Below, one piece after another: positions 58,034-64,000 of a DNA stretch of 64,000 nucleotides. The DNA is from the human T2T-CHM13v2.0 reference genome, Homo sapiens. Where the stretch lies: NCBI RefSeq assembly GCF_009914755.1, contig NC_060931.1, one strand, 5' to 3'. Each line of letters starts with the position of its first letter. The stretch's first letter is position 1. The notes beneath the pieces are model-generated. The model searched no databases and had not been told where the DNA came from. It saw only the letters and a program-made list of their open reading frames with translations. The position numbers and the translations under genes are program-made.

Positions 58034-60520
58034 GACTATATGAATATTACCAAAAAAAATCCTAGCATATGTACGTTAACATATTATCAAAATTGAGGAA
58101 GGGAATTAGAAAAACAGGAAAAAGAAAAGAGTGCAAAACAGTGATCACCCATAAATTACCTAGCTCAATAAATGTTACCATTTGAGTGTGCACACCCACC
58201 CCAACATTCACAAAATTGCGATTGTTTTGTTTGTTCACATTATTCCTAAGTCTTTTCCCTCCATTTTCAGAACTGTTCCTGACACCTCAAATCTAATACC
58301 AGTGCTGTAGAGGCTGTGGGGAATTGTCGCCGTTGGCCAGGGGCAAGCCTCCTTTGATGGCCCTTGACATTCACACTTTTGGCAATATATCTTATTATGG
58401 AGTCATCAGTGTTCAATATTGAGAATTTTAAAGATGTGAATATATAAAGGCATCTATAAAGGCAGAAACATCACATGTAATTCCAAAAGTCAAAATGACA
58501 TCTATTTCTTGAAAAATTTTTAGTATTTACTTCTAGAAATCTATTTACACATTTTCATTTGTATATGTATCTTTTCCCAGAATTGGGGTCACATAGTACA
58601 TTGTGTTTATAACCCACTTTCTTTCATGTAATAATAACTGTGAAGATTTTCATATCCAGTTAATATTCCCACTTACTGCCTATGTGCCATTTATCACCTA
58701 CACCAACAGAGTTATTAAGAGGACTGCCACAAGTAAAGTTACAGAATAATTCATCTGAAAGCTAAATTAAACCTAAAACACATCATATTTTCCCTCCTTT
58801 ATTCATGGTAAATGCTGTTATCTCTACCATTTGGCCTCCAGCAGCAATTTATGTTCATAAAGAATTTCCATCCAGGAGAGAAAATGGCACTCCACTTTTC
58901 GCTTTCAATTTTTTATAATGTGTGATGTGCTTCACAGGATTTCACTGCTTTCTCTGACCACAAACAAACAGTGGAACTGAATGGCCTGTGTCTACTGCCA
59001 CCCTGCTTGTACTTCCCAGCTTTCTTTCATGGTTGTCTCTATACAGAAGACATGTAAGCATGGAAAACAATAAGATCATAAGCATGTCACAGTAAGATCA
59101 TATGGAGTAACCTTTTTCTCACTCTTAATTGCAAATGAAGTTTGTATAATGAAATGTTTGGAATTACAAATTAAAACCACCAGACACCATTTCACACTCT
59201 GTTTGTTTGGGAGAAAGTACTAGTCAATGTTAAAAAGATGTATGAACTCTTATTTAGAGTTTGTATAGGAGACACATTTGTTACAATCACTTTAGAAGTA
59301 TTTTTGGCATTATCTTTTCAATTTTAAAATGTATGTAGCCAGAGATGCAACATCTCCAGTCATAGCACATTATATTACCTGAATGCTTACATATTTATGA
59401 GGGCTAATAGTAGCAGCATTTACAATGGCAAGAAATAAGTAAATAAAGCAGATGAAAGGTACATAAACACACATATGGATAAATAAATTGTGGCGTATTT
59501 TCTCAATGGATTGCCCCACAGCAGCAGAAATGAATTCTGCCAAAAACAGGAAAGAAGATGAGTATCACACACCTTTGTTGAGTGGAAAAAGCCACACATG
59601 TATACGGATTCCTGGAAGGTTCATATACCTTGCCCCACATGAGTGGAACAAACAGGACTTGAATTCAAGGCCTCTAACAGAAGGGTGCAGCTGCTCAACG
59701 GTATACTAACCCAGCTTGCGCAGATGTGCATATTAACATACAAGGATCAGTGGGAAAACACATCTTGAGAATGACAAAGGGAAAGGAGGGGATCCATGGA
59801 GTGCAGTCCTGAGGGGGCAGGTGCATGATCAGAAAAAACAGCTGTGCCACTCAGGCAGCAGGAAGGCACGTGGGCATGGGTGCAGACCAAAGAAAGAGGT
59901 CGGAGTGGGGACAGAGGGATGAAGGTACTTTGTTAACTTAATTTGGTTGCAAGTTTTGTATTCAAATGCTAAAACAGAGTACCACCACGTTGTGATAAAA
60001 TATGAACTGTAATTCATGCTCCATATTATCCCACTCTGGAGTTTCCTTCCCCAAACTAACTTTTGTAGCTCTCTCTTCTGATATTTATTTGCATAATTAC
60101 TAAACATTCTGTATCACTATTTCTTATGAAAAATTTTATCTATGTACTTTCATAGAAGATAATGATCATACACTCATAAACCAACCTCACACTATCCCCT
60201 CCCATTACCTTTCTATCATAATTTTTAAAACATTATTTACCATTTAATTTATAGAAATGTAATTCTTACCACTGATGATCCTTAAAGTTAGTGTATAATT
60301 GAATTTCCTTTTCTGTATTTTCTCTTCTGTAAAATGGCGATGATAAAATAAAACCTTCTTCATAGGGCTGTTAAAAGTAAAAGTGTGTATGTATAAAGGG
60401 TATTAAACAGTGTTTGGCATATGATTCAATAAATCTTAGCTTCATTTACTATCGAAAACCCAGAGGAAGATATAGAAATTGACAGACTCAGGTTAAATTC
60501 AAAGTTTCTTGACCTCTCAT

Positions 60521-60754
60521 TCAAACGCTATTCATAGTATGCCACATTCTTGCTTTTGTCACATATAAATTTAAATTTTTAAAAAAGTAATTGCTTTGAA
60601 ATGTTAGAAACAATGTGGCCTTGCACATAAAGGTCAACAAGACATCCCAAGTGCGACTTGATGAGTACTTCCATATTCTCCTCAAATTTATTTTATTGCC
60701 TTGACCTTTTCTCCCAGCCTCAGCTGAGTGATTTTCCTGGTTTGTTGAATACAT
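60521..60754 (-). pseudogene. IRF-like DBD (unit 4, first DBD), open 77-codon frame
   Basis: WKYSSSRTWDV...ATLF...TKARMWHTMNSV vs IRF1 WKHAAKHGWDI...ACLF...WKANFRCAMNSL. Confidence 0.75.
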
Positions 60755-60918
60755 TTTGCAGTGATGTTATGCTTTTGTGAAGAAGGAACCCTTTGGTATG
60801 TCAGTATAAATACCAATTTAACGTCAGAGTGATTCTGGAGGGAGTTGTGATTATGAGTTTATTTATGAAATAATGAATATTACTCATTAGTCTGGCACTG
60901 ATGTATTTGAAGGGATAG

Positions 60919-61064
60919 GCTGGATTAGAACCATGGTGGTAATAGTGCTGTCATAGCATATTTTAACTGCAGGAACATTGAGAGAATAATTGCTGGATTA
61001 GAACTTTGGTGTTAATAGTGCTATCATAGCATATTCCAACTGCAGGAGCATTGAGAGAATAATT
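60919..61064 (+). repeat. 73-bp tandem duplication
   Basis: 60919-60991 vs 60992-61064, 7 mismatches. Confidence 0.95.
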
Positions 61065-61205
61065 ACAGCTACTGAATGGAACCTCCAGCTCTCTTAACTA
61101 AAGAAACCCAAACACTTTCTTAAATACTCAATGAATATTATGTCATTGAAACCATTCTCCCAGCAATAGCCCACAAATACTAAACAGGATAGAAAATTAT
61201 GCCTA

Positions 61206-61520
<315 letters not shown>

Positions 61521-62402
61521 TGGCTACCAAATATGAATGCCCTGGATCTGCTAAGAGAAGTGATTCACAACCATTTGAAACTTTTGTTTCTGAGTCAACA
61601 AAGGATGCACTAAAATACCACTACTACTGCCACGAGGAACTCTCTGTTTTTGCAGTCATGAGCATATAATATCCCCAAACAATATAGACAATGTCACCTT
61701 CTCACAGGGTGTATCTCTGACCTTTCAGACTCAGAGGAAACTCTCAAACACTCTTGAACCTGTAGAGGATGGTTATTCTCTTCAAAGCCCATCTATCTAA
61801 AAGTATGTCATTTTGTTTGTTTGCCTATACGTTATTTTCTTCTCACACTAGATTTTAATCTCCATAATATCAATAATTTTGTTTTTATCATGACTATTCC
61901 CAGTGCCTAAAAAATTTTTTAGCATAAAGCTGTGCCAATAAGTAGCTGCTGAATTACACAGTTGCTAAATGATACGACACAGCTAGTTTGGTTTATAGAC
62001 TCATGGGAGCCCTACATAAATTGCACACCTAGCTCAAAAGAATCCATTATTTTGAGAATCCACACACCAAAATGTGGAGCTGGGGGATTATTAGAGGACT
62101 GAAATAAGCAAGCTCAAAAATGAGTTCTTAGGTCTCAATTTTAAAAGTTTGTCTTCAGGAACCTCATCTTAATTAATTTATTTTTTGATGGGGTTTTGGA
62201 ATTGTATAATCTATATCATTAACAATTAGGTAGCAAAAATTTTACAAATAGCTGAGTTATTAGTATTTGAAACAACACATTTTTCATTGCAAAAATTCCT
62301 TTTCACTTGTTCAGCATCTACCTGTAAAAAGCAAAATTACACACATACGCTGTAATTTCAAGGGACACTCTAATATTTTCACCTACATACCAATCTAGCA
62401 AA

Positions 62403-62810
62403 AATGTCTTCAAGGCAAGGACTTATGAGGCTTTCCTTTAAGACCAAAAAATGTATGCAGATATAAGAAAAGGAATTACCCAGAGTAAACACTTTTGGCC
62501 AGGAGATTTATGAGGGGAAGGATGTCTTTCTCTGAGGGCATATATCTCAATTTTGACCGAGCTGCGATTCTCTCCATTAGTTTACATTGCTCTGTAAGCA
62601 AGCAAACTCTTCTGTTTCAAGAGGACACACAAGTGTCTGAAAGCACTAAGCTGCTATACAGTGACATCAATAATTTGCAATAAATTTAAAAATCATACAG
62701 TATTACAGAAACCACAAAATCATAAAGGATTGCAGAAGAGTCATTGCTGTTGGGTGTGGAGTGTAGTAGAACCAACAAAGAAATACTTGGGCCATCTTAG
62801 CATCCTATAA
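62403..62810 (+). pseudogene. IRF-like DBD exon (unit 5)
   Basis: One frame with 3 internal stops; EAFL*DQKMYADIRKGI matches paralog EAFLTGLIQNAEVRGV (14161); ends CWVWSVVEP vs IRF4 YKVYRIVPE. Confidence 0.65.
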
Positions 62811-63692
62811 TAGTGCCCCAAATCCTGGAGGGGACCCACAGCTCTAGGAAATGTAGTGGAAAAAATTAGAGTTGTGAAAGCATATGTGCTTGATGTTGGG
62901 GAAGCAGTGATGCTAATTTTAACTCTACTCTATTTACCTGGGATATATTGGGCAACTTGAACAAACTCTGGGCCTTAGGGTCTTCATCATTAAAAAGCAG
63001 AAAATACAGTAGTAACTTCCTTAGAGATTACTGAAAGAATTTAACACCTCACAAATTCCTTAAACTGTGGCAGTGCACCTGCTACAAAACAGTTCTATGG
63101 TGTTGTCTCTATGTTAAAAATGCCATAGAGACACATGAAAAAAGAGGTTAAAATTAATAATACTTTCTTACTAATTCTCATTTAATAAATTTTATATTAA
63201 TTCCCATATTATATGAGGCAAAATATTTTATTCTTTTTCCATTAGATAAATTATGACTACATGATTCCAATAAAGTCTAGAGAAACACTTTTATCCTGTT
63301 CTCTTGGCTTTGAAAGGTGTCAAGATATAAAATTTACCCTAGAGGGAAGAAATGTCAAATATGTAGACGCTTTCATTGTGATTTTTTTGTACCTCCTATA
63401 TTATTTACATTTCTTGTCATTTATATTTTATACATAATATATTTTTAAATGAAATTTAAACTTGAAAAAATTTTGATTGCTACTGCTGTCTGTATTTAAT
63501 CAACAACAAAGACACAAAATAAAATGAGAAACTCGTTTAACATATATATGTTCTAGGTAGTTTTGAAGAGCTAACATCTGATCTGATGGCAGATTTCTGA
63601 CTCAGAGATTAAAATATTATTGTGAGGAGTTCTACTAGTGTCAATTTTGAGTTAGGGTATTCAGACAAATATTAACACTGAGATCAAATTGA

Positions 63693-64000
63693 AAGTTGGA
63701 CAAAATAATAATAAAGTTAAAGGCATTGAGGAGTTTCGAGGCATTGAAAATTTGTGACCTAAAATCTGGGAGAATAGGGATACCAAAAGTTAAATAAGCC
63801 ATTTGGAACTCTTTTAGCTTAGAGGTATTTGCTGTTTTCAAAAAGTTTGATAGAAATGCTGAGGAGCCAAAAACAGCTATCAACAACATCATGGAAACAG
63901 GCCAAAAAAACTGGAGTTCAAGGACCACAAGGGAGGAAGGGCACGGATCAACTCCCAGCTTTTCTCTTGGGCTCTACAAAGCTACAAGCCAAGAGTAAGA
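63693..64000 (+). pseudogene. IRF-like DBD exon (unit 5), runs off window
   Basis: About 100 codons with one stop; RSFEALKICDLKSGRIGI; WNSFSLEVFAVFKKFDRN vs IRF7 W......CFRVPWKHFARK; IMETGQ vs IRF6 AVETGK. Confidence 0.6.

Noticed and set aside
58270-59040. Additional minus-strand exon candidates (GHQRRLAP at ~58340; IQFHCLFVVRE at ~58970)
   Set aside because: Short matches that fit DBD or IAD about equally; not distinguishable from chance by eye.

Overview
AT-rich primate (human-like: AluY, L1PA2, THE1, MER4) genomic DNA, roughly half interspersed repeats (Alu, L1, L2/MIR, MLT1/MLT2/THE1/MER LTRs, Tigger/hAT MITEs), with no intact recognisable host protein-coding gene. The main result: most of the non-repeat sequence carries decayed exons that translate into interferon-regulatory-factor (IRF)-like domains. 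By hand I find about 15 segments resembling the IRF DNA-binding domain (DBD) and about 5 modules resembling the IRF-association domain (IAD, SMAD/FHA fold), plus three IAD C-terminal exons. They resemble each other as well as IRFs, often sit between GT/AG splice signals, and recur as units of 2-3 DBD exons followed by an IAD on both strands, with three apparent head-to-head pairs. I interpret this as a fossil tandem cluster of a divergent multi-DBD IRF-like gene family that I do not recognise as annotated. All IRF reference motifs are quoted from memory and all alignments are manual, so HMM/tBLASTn confirmation is needed. The window also holds a young 5'-truncated L1PA2 and two local templated insertions.
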